DNA from: Octopus sinensis
Taxonomy: Eukaryota
Length of the DNA: 64,000 bases
Direction of reading: 5' to 3'
Assembly: GCF_006345805.1 (NCBI RefSeq)
Contig: NC_042998.1
Location: 207,864,903-207,928,902 of the forward strand
The notes under the pieces are model-generated. The model was not told the origin of the DNA. It saw nothing but the letters and a program-made list of their open reading frames with translations, and searched no databases. Positions 13,331-27,139 of this stretch are shown one piece after another; position 1 is the first letter of the stretch, and every line of letters begins with the position of its first letter. Position numbers and translations under genes: made by a program.

Positions 13331-14005
13331 CAGGGGTTGGACAAAATGGAAACACCTTAGAATTTCTAACGGATTTATTTTAATATGGGGTAGGACCGTA
13401 TTTGGCAGTAGTTACAGCTTGAGTTCTACGAGGTACGGACTCGTACAAAGTTGAATTGTTTCCAAGGAAGTTTTGTCCATTCTTCAGCTAAAATAGTCTC
13501 CAGTTCTTGTAGTGATGCTGGTGGAGGATATCAACTCCTTAATTGATTTTCTAAAATGCACCATAAACGTTCAATAATATTGAGATCTGGGGACTGTGGT
13601 GGCCAGATAAGATTTCGAACTTCACTAGAATATTCTTCGTGCCATTCAGTAACAACTTTAGCTGTGAGAATTGGTGCGTTATCATCCTGAAAGATAGCAT
13701 TTCCCTACGGAAACAGTTCCGCAACCATAGGTTGTATTTGGTTAGATAAAATGCTTAAGTTATCTTGACTATTAATTCTGCCATTGTGCCGGTGGATTTC
13801 CAAGATATAACCCCCCCCCAGATCATCATAGATCCTCCTCCATGTTTAACAGTTGGAAGAAGGCAGTCTGGGTGAAATGTTTCTTTTGGCTATCTCCACA
13901 GGTATACTCGGCCAGTGGTCGGAGATAAGGTAAAGGATGATTGTCCGAGAAAATGACATTCCTCCACTGCTCTAGGGATCGATTTTTACTCCACTCTAAA
14001 TACTT
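13331..14005 (-). mobile_element. Tc1-family transposase remnant with right TIR
   Basis: TIR CAGGGGTTGGACAAAATGGAAACACC; EQWRNVIFSD, FQDDNAPI and WPPQSPDLNIIERLW motifs (DD34E type), broken reading frame. Confidence 0.9.
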
Positions 14006-14065
14006 TGCAATTTCCGGGTTATTTCCCTTCATCAGCACAGAACAATTATCTTGCCGAACAATTAT

Positions 14066-14110
14066 TCTGTGCTGATGAAGGGAAATAACCCGGAAATCGC
14101 GATACACAGA
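14066..14110 (+). ncRNA. Minimal type I hammerhead-like motif (family H1)
   Basis: TCTGTG-CTGATGA-A-GGG-AAATAA-CCC-G-GAAAT-CGCG-ATA-CACAGA: 6-bp stem I, palindromic stem III, predicted cleavage after AUA at 14104. Confidence 0.72.
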
Positions 14111-14515
14111 TATTGTTTTTGAGCTGAGTGGGGTGTGGGGTCTGTGTGCTAGATTCTCTTGTTTGAAAATATAAGGACACGGATCGCGTTGTGTAGCCAG
14201 CTGGAGACGATGTCTCCTGGGGCTAAATTACAGCAACATTCGTCCTAAACAAGGCAAATAATCTTTACTACAGTCAAGTACTGTAGTGGGTGTAATCGAC
14301 TACTCTCTTCTCCCAAAATTCCAGAGCTTGTTCGTATAGCATGGCTTACTGGTTAGGGTGTTGCTCTCTCGATCGCACGATCATGGTTTCAGTTCCTAGA
14401 CAGGATGGTGCGTTGCGTTCTTGAGCAAGGCATTTCATCTCACCTTGCTTTACGATCACTTCAACACCTGACGTGAGGTACATTGAATATATATTTTCAT
14501 GTGTGCGAGTACACT

Positions 14516-14549
<34 letters not shown>

Positions 14550-15058
14550 CTAGCAGTATCGCCCGGTGTTGCTCGGGTTTGTAAGGGAAATAACTATATA
14601 AGCATTTTTAGAGAGTTACTTCCTTTATAGATGCCAATTCGGGCTTTCTTAGCCATTTCTGTTTTGGTGTCTTCAAGCCATGAAGTCGTTGTCCTAAAAG
14701 AACGCTGGTCTCCTTGACAACGCATTACGACGTTGATTTCCTTACACTGCCTTCCCCACAGCTTCACGAGGGAGGGAAGAAGGGGGAGAAGCAAACACAG
14801 GTGCAGGTGTTTGAGCGTGGACGCCAACTCCGCCGCCATCGACACACGAAAAATTATGCATTAAAATGGAATAAAAAATGATGTTAAATTATTTTTAAAA
14901 TCGTAGACTCATCGTAGACGCGCGCTAATAGCCAGACGGGCTTGATATGAATCATGACTATAAGATACCCGAATTTGGTTAAACTGCACCGCAAAATGTG
15001 GGAGGAGTTAGGAATCTAAATCGAAGGGGACAGACACTCACACACTACAGTTTTATAT
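14550..15058 (-). mobile_element. Non-autonomous Helitron-like element in (TA)n
   Basis: Minus-strand 3' end has hairpin CCCGAGCAACACCGGG about 10 nt before CTAG|T; no TSD. Confidence 0.7.
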
Positions 15059-15541
15059 ATATATATATGTGTTCGCTTTTAAAACGCTCTGGCGGCTTTG
15101 AACGTGAATACGCTAATTGTAAAGTGTTTCGTGATTGGAGAACAATTTCTTACTTTCAATGACTGATACACTCACTGATATTGCAGAAAGCTCGATAGTT
15201 TGTAATAAACTTGACGTATACAATTGAAACAGCATTAAATTAAAATATCCACCTAAATGTGTATAGGCAGATTATGTCGTACAGCGTAGCCTTGAAACAA
15301 AATACTGTCAACGCTAACGATGTAGTTATATAATTAAACAGAGATGTATGAATATAATTCATTGCCTATGTTCCGTGTGAATATCATCTGATATCAATGT
15401 ATGGTAGGATAGTAGCGAGAGCCAGATATTTATGAGGAGGCTACATAGTTCGATAAAATGTACTCCAATTCTTAAATCACAGAAAAGACTGGAATAGAAT
15501 TCAATAGAGAACACTGTGTATATAGAAGAACTAAATGCTTC

Positions 15542-15599
<58 letters not shown>

Positions 15600-15856
15600 T
15601 ATATATATATACGCTTTACTCTTTCACTTGTTTCAGTCATGTGACTGGGGCCATGCTGGAGCACCGCCTTTAGTCGAGCAAATCGACCCCAGGACTTATT
15701 CTTTGTAAGCCTAGTACTTATTCAATCGGATTTCTTTTGCCGAACCGCTAAGTTACGGGGACGTAAACACACCAGCCTCAGTTGTCAAACATACACACAC
15801 ACATACATACATACATACATACATACATACATACATACATACATACATACATACAT

Positions 15857-15911
<55 letters not shown>

Positions 15912-16603
15912 TATATACGACAGGCTTCTTTCAGTTTCCGTCTACCAAATCCACTCACAAGGTTTTGCTCGTCTCGAACCCGGAACTGAACCCGGAACCA
16001 TATGGTTGGGAAGCAAGCTACTTACTACACAACCACTTCTACACATAGATATATCCCTATACATCCCATCGTACCCCACCCCAGCCTTGCTTCCCCCACT
16101 TTCCCTCCCCCCACACTCACACACCACCACACAACACACCACCACACAACACACCACCATAGCATACCATACCACACCACACCAAATCACACCACCCCGC
16201 ACACATTTGCACTAACCACTTCCCAGCACCTACACCATCATCCACACACCTACACATGCACACACGCATACGTTAATGTCACCAGCTCCCTTCCACACGC
16301 ACATATACGCTCTCACATACACACGCATGCGCACCTTTATTTTGGGATCACCACAACTTTATTATCTCCCCTTCTTCCTAGATTTCCTGTATGACCCCCT
16401 CTGTCCATCATTCGCCATGATAGATCGCTAGCCACTAAACCTTTTTCTATTTTCTCTCCCTGTTTATTTCTGTGTTCCTTTTTGTCGAAGGGCGCAGACT
16501 CGAAACTTAAAGAGACTTTCTCACTTCCCGAGCATTAAACTAATACATCTGTTTGTTATTTACACACCCGTCGTCGTCTTTTGTTTCTTTCGTAAATTCT
16601 CAC

Positions 16604-16772
<169 letters not shown>

Positions 16773-17068
16773 GCGCAATGGCCCAGTGGTTAGGGTAGCG
16801 GACTCGCAGTTGTAGGATCGCGGTTTCGATTCCCAGACCGGGCGTTGTGAGTGTTTATTGATCGAAAATACCTAAGGCTCCACGAGGCTCCGGCAGGGGG
16901 TCGTGGCGATTCCTGCTGTACTCTTTCGCCACAACTTTATCTCACTCTTTCTTCTGCTCGCTTAGCCAGTGGGGTGGCGTTCTTTGAAGGCTAAAACAAT
17001 GCAAATCGCATTGTGACCAGTGATGCGTAGCAACATCTGATAGCCTGGTCGGTCACGGTGATCACGGT

Positions 17069-17104
<36 letters not shown>

Positions 17105-17105
<1 letters not shown>

Positions 17106-17616
17106 GAAAGGTTTAGTCCACTTTGAACTTTTAAAACCAAACCAAGCGATAGCAAAGGAGATCTACTGCAAGCAGCTTGAGCGGCTAAGGTCAGAGCTAG
17201 AAGAAAAATGGCCATCTTTTGTTTAAAGATGAAAGGTGTTCTTCCATCAGGATAACGCTTGACCACATACAGAGAGGATGACATTCCGAAGGCTGGAACA
17301 GTTTGAATGGGAAACGATGCTCCACCCACCATATTCACCGGACATTACCGCATTTGATTATTATTTATTCCACAATCTTCAAAATCATTTGGACGGAAAA
17401 AATATGAATTCTGTAGACAAGTTCAGAATATTACTTGAGGAATATTTTTCGTCATGGACAAATGAATTTTGGAAGAGGGGCCTTGCAAGTCGACCAGAGA
17501 GATGGAAGAGCATTGCAGAAAATGAAGGAGAGTATAAGATTAAGAAAGATATTCGTTTATCTTAATTTTGAAAATTATAAGATGTAAAAAAAAACCGCAT
17601 TATTTATGAGATGAAC

Positions 17617-17620
<4 letters not shown>
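17105..17620 (+). mobile_element. Mariner transposase C-terminal remnant with right end
   Basis: HQDNA*PH..WETMLHPPYSPDITAFDYYLFHNLQNHLDGK..ERWKSIAENEGEY. Confidence 0.9.
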
Positions 17621-17681
<61 letters not shown>

Positions 17682-17685
<4 letters not shown>

Positions 17686-18015
17686 CAATTAAGGGTTTAG
17701 CAACGAATTGCCTCACCACACACCGAATTTAGAAATAGCAGTCAAAGAGTTATAGCTATTCTTTCTACTAAAAGGGAGATCTCAGTAAAAACACAGCTGT
17801 GTTTTTACTGAGATCTCCCTTTTAGTAGAAAGAATAGCTATACTCTTTGACTGCTATTTCTAAATTCGGTGTGTGGTGAGGCAATTCGTTGCTAAACCCT
17901 TAATTGCTTAGTATTACTTAAATTTTCCTCGAATGAGGCTTTTACATGCCGAAATCTACTTGGTGTAATTAATAATTATTCCAAATTAATTAATTTCACC
18001 CTTTATTGTTACTGA
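17682..18015. repeat. 229-bp near-perfect palindrome plus about 105-bp unique extension, embedded in (TA)n
   Basis: Arms 17682-17796 and 17797-17910 centred on CAGCTG, one 1-nt indel. Confidence 0.9.
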
Positions 18016-18261
18016 TATATATATATATATATATATATATTTCAATTTTCCTGTAACAAGTGGATTATAAGTGGATAAATCAGTGTATTTGGCTTTAGAA
18101 TAAGCTTCTTTAGTCCTTAATTATATATATATATATATTGGCCTGCTCGCTTAGTCAGCGGGGTGGCGTCATTCGAAGGCTAAAACAATGCGAACGCATT
18201 GTGACCAGCGATGTGTAACAACATCTGATGGTCTGGTCGGTCACGTGATCACGTAATATAT

Positions 18262-18304
<43 letters not shown>

Positions 18305-19136
18305 ATATATATATATCCCTATAAGTTAGGATTAATATTCCCTCAAATAAATATTATATATATATATATTTATATCTGTATGTATACATGTATATTGTTA
18401 TAGACTATAAGAAGCAGGCAAACATGACATTTAGCGGGAAATACGTAAAACTTGGTCGGAGCGGTCGAGTCCCGTGTCAACATCATTGGAAGGCGACATT
18501 GGTATGGCCGTTGAGGACTGACTTATGTATGGCAATAGAAGAAGGTGGCGGCGGCGGGGTGGGGGGGCAAGACAAAGGGAGAGGAGAAGTGGGAGGAAAC
18601 ATGGAATGAAGAAACGAAGTTAAAGGGAAAAGATAAGGGAGAAAGAAAAGGCTTTGTAAGAAGAAGGAGATAAGTGACATAGGTATAGATAGATACACGG
18701 TGGACGTGTACGTATGTGTGTGTGTGAATGTGGGAGTCTATAAATATGTATTTATATATGTGTATATGTGTGCGTGTGTACAAGTATGTGTGTGCTTGTG
18801 TATGCTTTACGCGGATCTGAAAGGTTACCAAGCAACCAAGGAATGAAGTCCTTTTCTTATTTTTAATCTTTAACCCCCCCACCCCCACTCGCACGTGTAT
18901 AAATATACACCTACATGTATTTATATATTTACATAAAGCCAGGCCATGAATGTCTACATGTACATACACATACATATATACACATATGCATATATACATA
19001 TATGCATATATACATATACATACATATTCCACACATATATATGTATATGTATGCTGTATATATATGTATATGTATGTTGTATTATATATATATATATGTA
19101 TGTTGTATATATATATATATGTATGTATATATATAA

Positions 19137-19189
<53 letters not shown>

Positions 19190-19208
19190 TATGTTCTATT
19201 TTATTAAC

Positions 19209-19249
<41 letters not shown>

Positions 19250-19739
19250 ATATATATATATGTATGTAGTTGTATATATGCTTATATATATATATATATT
19301 ATATATATATATATTATATATATATATATATATATAAGCATATATATGCACGATACGTACACGCATAAAGACATAAACATGTGTGTGTGTGTGTGTGTGT
19401 GTAAACAATCAAGTGTTCTTTAAACATATTTAACGTATTGTAAAACCTCCAGAACAATCACAGTTTGTCACCGTCTCTCCCCCCTCCCCACTCCCCGCCC
19501 TTATTCGCCACATTAACATCCGCCACATTATTAGACCTTCTATGGCCGACGACACACTGCTCTCCCTGCATTAATCCCCGGCATTAAACCCGTTGCTACC
19601 ACACGTACTAATACTATCATTAACACCGCCACCACGACCGTCGTCACCACCACCATCACCCCACCACCACTACTACTACTACTACTTCTAATACTACTGA
19701 CCAAAGAGGGGGCAGTCGGGAGGTGCGAGCTCTGAACTC

Positions 19740-20190
19740 TATGCAAGGTGTTGCAGGAACTCGAAACCCAATTTTTCAATGGCTGGGATGGCGTCGACCG
19801 TTGTAATGTGGACGTGCAATGTCATGCAACGACAACGGACTTAGTTTGATGTGAATTGTTATGTTTTAGATTCTTGTTCAGTAGTCTACAAGTGATGACT
19901 GTAGACCCCTTTTCCAGGTAATCTTCCAGTATAGGCCCTTTTGCAGCTAGAAAAACAATTTTTAAAAAAATGAAGTTAGCGTAGCGTTATCTACTGAAGG
20001 TTGAGGCTTGGATTTCGTTTTCGCTGGCGATTCCGGACGTTTTCTCTCCATACCTTTTGGATTCTGGCTAAAAGTAATGGACCAAAGTCTCATCTCCTGT
20101 GTCTATTTTCTAAAAAAGGGCTTTGCCTTCATCGTGAATGCACATTAAGTTATAATGTCCTCGTTCACTTCTGTTGTTTATAGCAGTTCT
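19740..20190 (-). mobile_element. Degraded mariner transposase fragment
   Basis: KIDTGDETLVHYF*PESKR..SPAKTKSKPQPS..KGPILEDYLEKGSTV. Confidence 0.75.
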
Positions 20191-20199
20191 TGGAAGTAA

Positions 20200-20611
20200 A
20201 GTGTGTAGAGTTTGGTCGTCTCAAGAAGAAGAAGAAGAAGAAGAAGAAGATCAGGTTTAAACTGTGCAGGATCTCCTTGATTGTGTGGAGGAAGATGAAA
20301 ACTATTTGAAAATGGTCAAAGTGGGTGAGGAATCGTTGGTTTGTGGCTATGATCCCCAAAACAAGGCTTAGTCTTCAGAATGGAAGACTCCATCAAGATT
20401 TCAAGATGGTAAGCAGACTCAAGAGAATGCAACGAGGCAGCAGCTGCTAGCTGTCCCCAAAAAAGGGAGTTCCAGGAATGCTTCCATCAACAGAAACGAC
20501 TCTGGGTAAATTGTGTGACTTGAGAAGGGGACAACTTCAAAGGGGATTAATATGTGTTGGAGTTTTCCTTTTATAGCATCAGTCTCGGTACTTTTCGACC
20601 AGACTTCGTAT
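20200..20611 (+). mobile_element. Degraded, internally deleted mariner with right TIR
   Basis: DLLDCVEEDENYLKMVKVGEES..GYDPQNKA*SSEWKTP; FQECF..WVNCVT*EGDNFKGD*; end CTTTTCGACCAGACTTCGTA. Confidence 0.75.
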
Positions 20612-22147
20612 ACAACAAATGAAGATGAATAGGTATTCATGTTCCTTTCTTATATTTCTTCGCCGCGTGACATGCGCAGCTTCTGTTGTTGCAGAGATTG
20701 CAGTTGCAGAGATGACTTAACATCATTAGACAAGTCATGCTTGCGTCATTTATTCTATTGACTGAATGATGAACTAGGAACGTTCTCCGTATTCCTATTT
20801 AGCACCCTGCCAGACAAATATATGCTGGAGGCATGATAACCACAATATTTAAGATCCAAACTAATTGATATATAACAGGCATAAATATAATTATTTTTAT
20901 GTTACCGTATCATACAAAACATGGCTGTAAATGCTAATATCCCGACAAGCTACTTTAAGATACAATGATTTACACATGGTGTTTTTTGGACATTAAAAAA
21001 ATAGCAGACATTATCCTCTGATGGGGGACAATTGCCCCTGCCCCCCGAGCGTATTTGGGATAATAATTTCCAATCAATTACTATTCTGTTTATTTAAAAT
21101 ATTGATTTCAAATTTTGGCACAAGACTAACAGTTTTGCGGGTCGGGATAAGTCGATTACATCGACTAAGTGTTCAATTAGTACTTATTTTATTAACTACG
21201 AATGGATTATAGAGTAAGTTGACCTCGGCGGCGTTTGAACTCAGAACGTAAAACAGACGCAATGCCGCTAAGCATTTTGCCCGGTGTGTTAACGATTCTG
21301 CCATCTCGTCAAATTACACTATAGTGTTTTTCATATCAGCTGCAATCCCCACAACAAAGATTTTCAAAGTATATTTATCTATGTAATGAAAATGTCTGGT
21401 ATTTAGAATAACACCGGAAATATAAATCGAGCGATTTCATTGCATGAGTTCATAAAAGGAAAGAAAGCAAGAACAGGTGACAGAATTAACAAAATGTTCG
21501 ACCGGGAAACCGTCAGAGAAGGAAAAACTGGACATTGGTACCAAATATTTTATAGTGGAGACGAACACCTTGCAGATAAGGACTGTCGCTTTATTCTGCA
21601 AGGGACAACGGATAGTTGAATCCGATATTAAAGCGGACCCATGAAAAGTCTCTCGAGCATTTTCAGGGGAACTAAACGATGACCAATCAAGAGCTGCTCC
21701 ACTTTTGTACCAGATTGAAAAATTGAAAATCCCGACCGTTGGGTGCTGCATAAACTAAAACAAATATTTAAAGAATATTTAGTTATCACCATTATAATTT
21801 GCTCTGCGTTTCTTTTGCACAACAAAAGAGATGTATTTCTTATTCACAGAGCGAACAAGAAATGGATTCTAAACGACAGCTAACGGCATTTTGTGTAATA
21901 GCTGGGCCGAAGGAAGCACCAAAACACTTCTTTCTTTTTCTGAAGTCACTGTTTCTAGCTTACAAATCAACTTGAATGAACCTACTCCAACTTGCTTTGT
22001 TTCTGCATTAAATTTGACAGCTTAAAATAAAAAAACACACTATGCATTTGAAACCAAAACCAATAAACCGAAATTTGTGCTTCAAACGATGAGCAGAGAA
22101 AAATAAAAGATTATTAAAAATAAATGTCCACGTTTTAAAATGACAAA

Positions 22148-22752
22148 AGGCGGCGAGCTGGCAGAAATGTTAGCACGCCGGGCGAAATGCGTAGACGTAT
22201 TTCGTCTGCCGTTACGTTCTGAGTTCAAATTACGCCGAGGTCGACTTTTGCCTTTCATCCTTTCGGGGTCGATAAATTAAGTACCAGTTACGCACTGGAG
22301 TCGCTATAATCGACTAAATCCGTTTGTCTGTGCTTCTTTGTCCTCTCTGTGTTTAGCCCCTTGTGGGTAGTAAAGAAATACGTATTTCGTCTGCCGTTAC
22401 TTTCTAAGTTCAAATTCCGCCGAGGTGGACTTTGCCTTTCATCCTTTTGGGGTCGATTAAATAAGTACTAGTTACGCACTGAGGCCGATATAATCGACTT
22501 AATCCGTTTGTCTGTGCTTCTCTGTACCCTCTGTGTTTAGTCCCTTGTGGGTAGTAAAGAAATACGTATTTCGTCTGCCGTTACGTTCTAAGTTCAAATT
22601 CCGCCGAGGTCGACTTTGCCTTTCATCCTTTCGGGGTCGATTAAATAAGTACTAGTTACGCACTGAGGTCGATATAATCGACTTAATCCGTTTGTCTGTC
22701 ATAGTTTGTCCCCCTCTGTGTTTAGCCCTTTGTGGGTAGTAAAGAAATAGGT
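22148..22752 (+). mobile_element. tRNA-derived SINE family B, head-to-tail trimer
   Basis: Head GGCGGCGAGCTGGCAGAAA..GAGTTCAAATT; central GCCTTTCATCCTTTCGGGGTCGATAAAT (recalled as Meta/MESC-like); other copies 2236-2360, 21105-21310, 44115-44225, 47290-48048, 49985-50110, 50195-50967, 62225-62582. Confidence 0.88.
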
Positions 22753-23109
22753 TTAAAATGACAAAAATCTGCAATCATTTTTGTACCAACCTACAATAAT
22801 GTTCAGAAAAACGCCCGAGTGAAATCGAACTGCGAACTGTTCGTTATCTAGAGTAGCGTGATAACCGTTACACCAAAGAACCCCGCAGCAGACATCGTCT
22901 ACTCAAATTCGCAATTCAAAAGTCTTAACCGCTTACTTTACAATCTACTAATACTGTACATATTCTTAAATTATTACTTTTGATTTATCGAGTTTTTTTT
23001 TTTTTTGTGGTGTGATGCCTCAAACGAAATCGTGGGAATTTGTTGAATTCAACACATGTAAGTCTAAATCATGCATACACATGCGTATGTGCTTGTACGC
23101 GTGTGCATG

Positions 23110-23168
<59 letters not shown>

Positions 23169-23256
23169 ATATATACACGCGTACAAGCACATACGCATGT
23201 GTATGCATGATATATATATAATATATATATATATGCATATATATATACATATATGC

Positions 23257-23307
<51 letters not shown>

Positions 23308-23323
23308 TATATATATATATATT

Positions 23324-23356
<33 letters not shown>

Positions 23357-23418
23357 TATATATAATAATTTACCATAAATAAATATATTTAATATAAATA
23401 GTGGTTTTGTCTCTAATA

Positions 23419-23462
<44 letters not shown>

Positions 23463-23749
23463 GTATATATACATTTATATGCATATATATATATATGAAC
23501 ATAAATATGTATACAAACGTATATGTATATATTGATACACATACGTGTGTATGTACGTACATATATATAATATATATGTATATATACATACACATACATA
23601 TATGTATGCATGCATACATTTATATACATATATATATATATATGTGTGTGTGTGTACAAGAACACACATATCTTCATATATGCGAAGAAGCAGAAGAAGA
23701 AGAAGAAGAAGAAGAAGAAGAAGAAGAAGAAGAAGAAGAGAAGAAGAAG

Positions 23750-23784
<35 letters not shown>

Positions 23785-24314
23785 AAACAACAACAGTTAT
23801 GACAAAAGGATAGAAAAGAGCAGGGAAAGAGAAAGAGAGAAGGGCATTAATGTCGAGAGTAAAGTGTAGAGATTCAATGAAGCAGAAGTCGAAATGTTAG
23901 CATGTGGCAAGATGGATGTTAATATTTCATTGTAAAAAAAAGAAAAAGAAAAAGAAAAGCCCCAAAGTAGAAAACGTTGCCAAGGAAGAAGTGTTTTTAA
24001 TCTTCAGAAACATTTATATATAAAACGAGTTACTTCAGGACAATGTAACAAGGGGATTTTCAAAGTTGAATTCGGTCCTTTTATACTTGTCGCTTCTCCA
24101 TTTTTTAGCTGCCGTTTAGATTTATTTTCTTCGAAGTTTTGTTGCCAATTCGACCGAATTCCCACTTTTATGTGTGTGTGTGTTTTTTTTTTTAAAGAAG
24201 CAGTGAGATTTCTCTGTAAAATCAATTACTTTAAGATATGGACGTTTACGCATGCTCGTGTATATATGTATCGTTTCTATCGGCAGTCTATACGAGAACG
24301 GGGTTTCGTATATC

Positions 24315-24400
<86 letters not shown>

Positions 24401-24530
24401 AGTGTGTGTGTGTGTGTGTTATGAGTAATCAATGTGTACTTATTCATGCAAACCGCCTTCGCGAGTGGTACTATATTTATTTACACATAAATGCGCAAAC
24501 TAACCGACACACACAGAGATAGACACACTA

Positions 24531-24570
<40 letters not shown>

Positions 24571-24647
24571 TACACAACACATGTATATGCATCTACATGT
24601 CTCTATCTATCTAGCTACCTATCTACCTATCTACCTATCTATCTGTC

Positions 24648-24699
<52 letters not shown>

Positions 24700-24704
24700 G
24701 CTAG

Positions 24705-24748
<44 letters not shown>

Positions 24749-25213
24749 GGCACACACACATACACACACACATACTCACGTATTCACACATATATTCTCA
24801 TGTATGTGTGTATATAGGCATCTGGAAAGCACGTAGCGAATAATGTGTTATGAAAAGTGGAATTTGAAAATATTTTTAAAATCCTTATGAGAGTCGTAAT
24901 TTATAACTCGGAACGCATTTAGAGGGAACGTTACTTCGGGAACTTGTATGAGACTATCACAGATGAGAGTTGCTCATAACCAGATTAAGCAGGGAAAATT
25001 TACGTGGGTAGACGAGATTTCTAAAAGCCCTAAACCTTCCAAGTCATCACAACCAACTAGTTTTCTGTGGTGTACCCAAGGGTTATATATATATATATGC
25101 ATGTATATGTGTGTGTGTGTGTAATACTTACTTGGAACAGGATGCGTCATGTTCAGTCATATAAATAATATATATATATGCATATATACATACGTATATA
25201 TACATACATACAT

Positions 25214-25265
<52 letters not shown>

Positions 25266-25279
<14 letters not shown>

Positions 25280-25908
25280 GGGCACAGGACGTCACGAAAC
25301 GTGTACAACAAAAAAGTACGAAGCACGAGTACTTGGAGCATGAACTATTCTTTCGAACAACGAAAGACAGAAATGGAAAACAAAACAAACAACATAAAGA
25401 ACGACCCTTCATCAGTTGTTGGCTGTTTTTCTACTCTCGTATTTCGAGCATTTAACAACAATATACGCTTTCGATAAAACAGTTGCTCCCACAAAGCAAA
25501 TTGAATAAAATTTGGGATTTTGCGGAGGGTAAAAATTGGTAACACAAACAGGACAATGAAAACAAACAGGAAGGGCTGCTAAGCCCAAACGAGGTTGTGG
25601 TGGCGAACGCGTAAATCGAGCTAGGACAGGAGACAAACAAGATCATGTCTTCCAGCTACAACGGAGAGAAAGAAAGAAAGATGGCCGATGGTCACGTGGG
25701 AGCCACATGAGCAAGAGAGAAGGAGTGATGGAGAGAGAGTGACAGAGTAATAGGATAGAATAGCGGGAGAAGAGGAGGTAAAAGAGAAGGGGAGAGTAAA
25801 AGAGAGAAAAACGAAAGAGTAAAAAGATCACATAGAGTGGTCATCAAAATTATCATGATAAAACTTACTTGGAAGAGGAAGCGTGACATTCAATCATATA
25901 ATAATATA

Positions 25909-25967
<59 letters not shown>

Positions 25968-26079
25968 TATATACATACGTATATGTCCATACTTACATCG
26001 AAAGAATAGTTCATGTTCCATGTACTCGTGTTTCGTACATTTTTGTTTTACACGTTTCGTGACGCCCTGTGCCCACATA

Positions 26080-26082
<3 letters not shown>
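25266..26082. mobile_element. TA-embedded element bounded by about 85-bp imperfect inverted repeats
   Basis: 25268-25356 is the reverse complement of 25998-26080; related sequence at 48925-49160. Confidence 0.65.
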
Positions 26083-26122
<40 letters not shown>

Positions 26123-26175
26123 TTTACCGGATTGATGTAATATAGTATATATATATATAAAACCGTATGGATATA

Positions 26176-26240
<65 letters not shown>

Positions 26241-26551
26241 GCGCAATGGCCCAGTGGTTAGGGCAGCGGATTTGCGGTCGTAGGATCGCGGTTTCGATTC
26301 CCAGACCGGACGTTGTGAGTGTTTATTGAGCGAAAACACCTAATTCTCCACGAGGCTCCGGCAGGGGGTGGTGGCGATCCCTGCTGTGTTCTTTCACCAC
26401 AACTTTCTCTCAGTCTTTCTTCTGTCGGCCTGCTCGCTTAGCCAGCGGTGTGGCGTCATTTGAAGGCTAAAACAATGCGAAGCGCATTGTGACCAGCGAT
26501 GTGTGACAACATCTGATAGCCTGGTCGGTCACGGTGATCACGGTGATATAC

Positions 26552-26602
<51 letters not shown>

Positions 26603-27139
26603 ACATACATAAATACATGCATATGGATCAAAGCAGTTTGATTCAAATTCGTTGGTACTCTTGAGTTTGAATTTATTGGTAACTCCCAATAAATTGGTTT
26701 AGTGTCCTTTCGTTTGTCCACTCACTCGTGTGTATGTATGTGTGTCTGTGTCTGTGTGTGTACATGTATGTATGTATGTATGTATGTATGTATGTATGTA
26801 TGTATGTATGTATGTATGTATGTATGTATGTATGTATGTATGTATTATGTATGTATGTATGAATGAATGTATGTATGCTCTCTTCGTCCTTTTAATCTCT
26901 AGATCTGCGAGTTGTAAAAGGCGGCTAAAAGAGGTTGAGATAGGATTTGCAATCTGACCTCGTGAAGCCATCATCAGCAACTCTCACCAGCACCAAACAA
27001 ATCCATGGTTTGGAGGGTTGCCTCCTGGATGGTGTAAAGATGTTATCCACCAGGAGTAGTAAATATTCGGCAACAAACGGTGGAGGCAGTGACACACTGA
27101 TACAGCGCAGGCGCCCGTACAGTACAGCGGTGATTTAGT

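Noticed and set aside
20054-20110. Apparent minus-strand exon with good splice sites
   Set aside because: Translates as mariner TGDET..HYF*PESK with a stop
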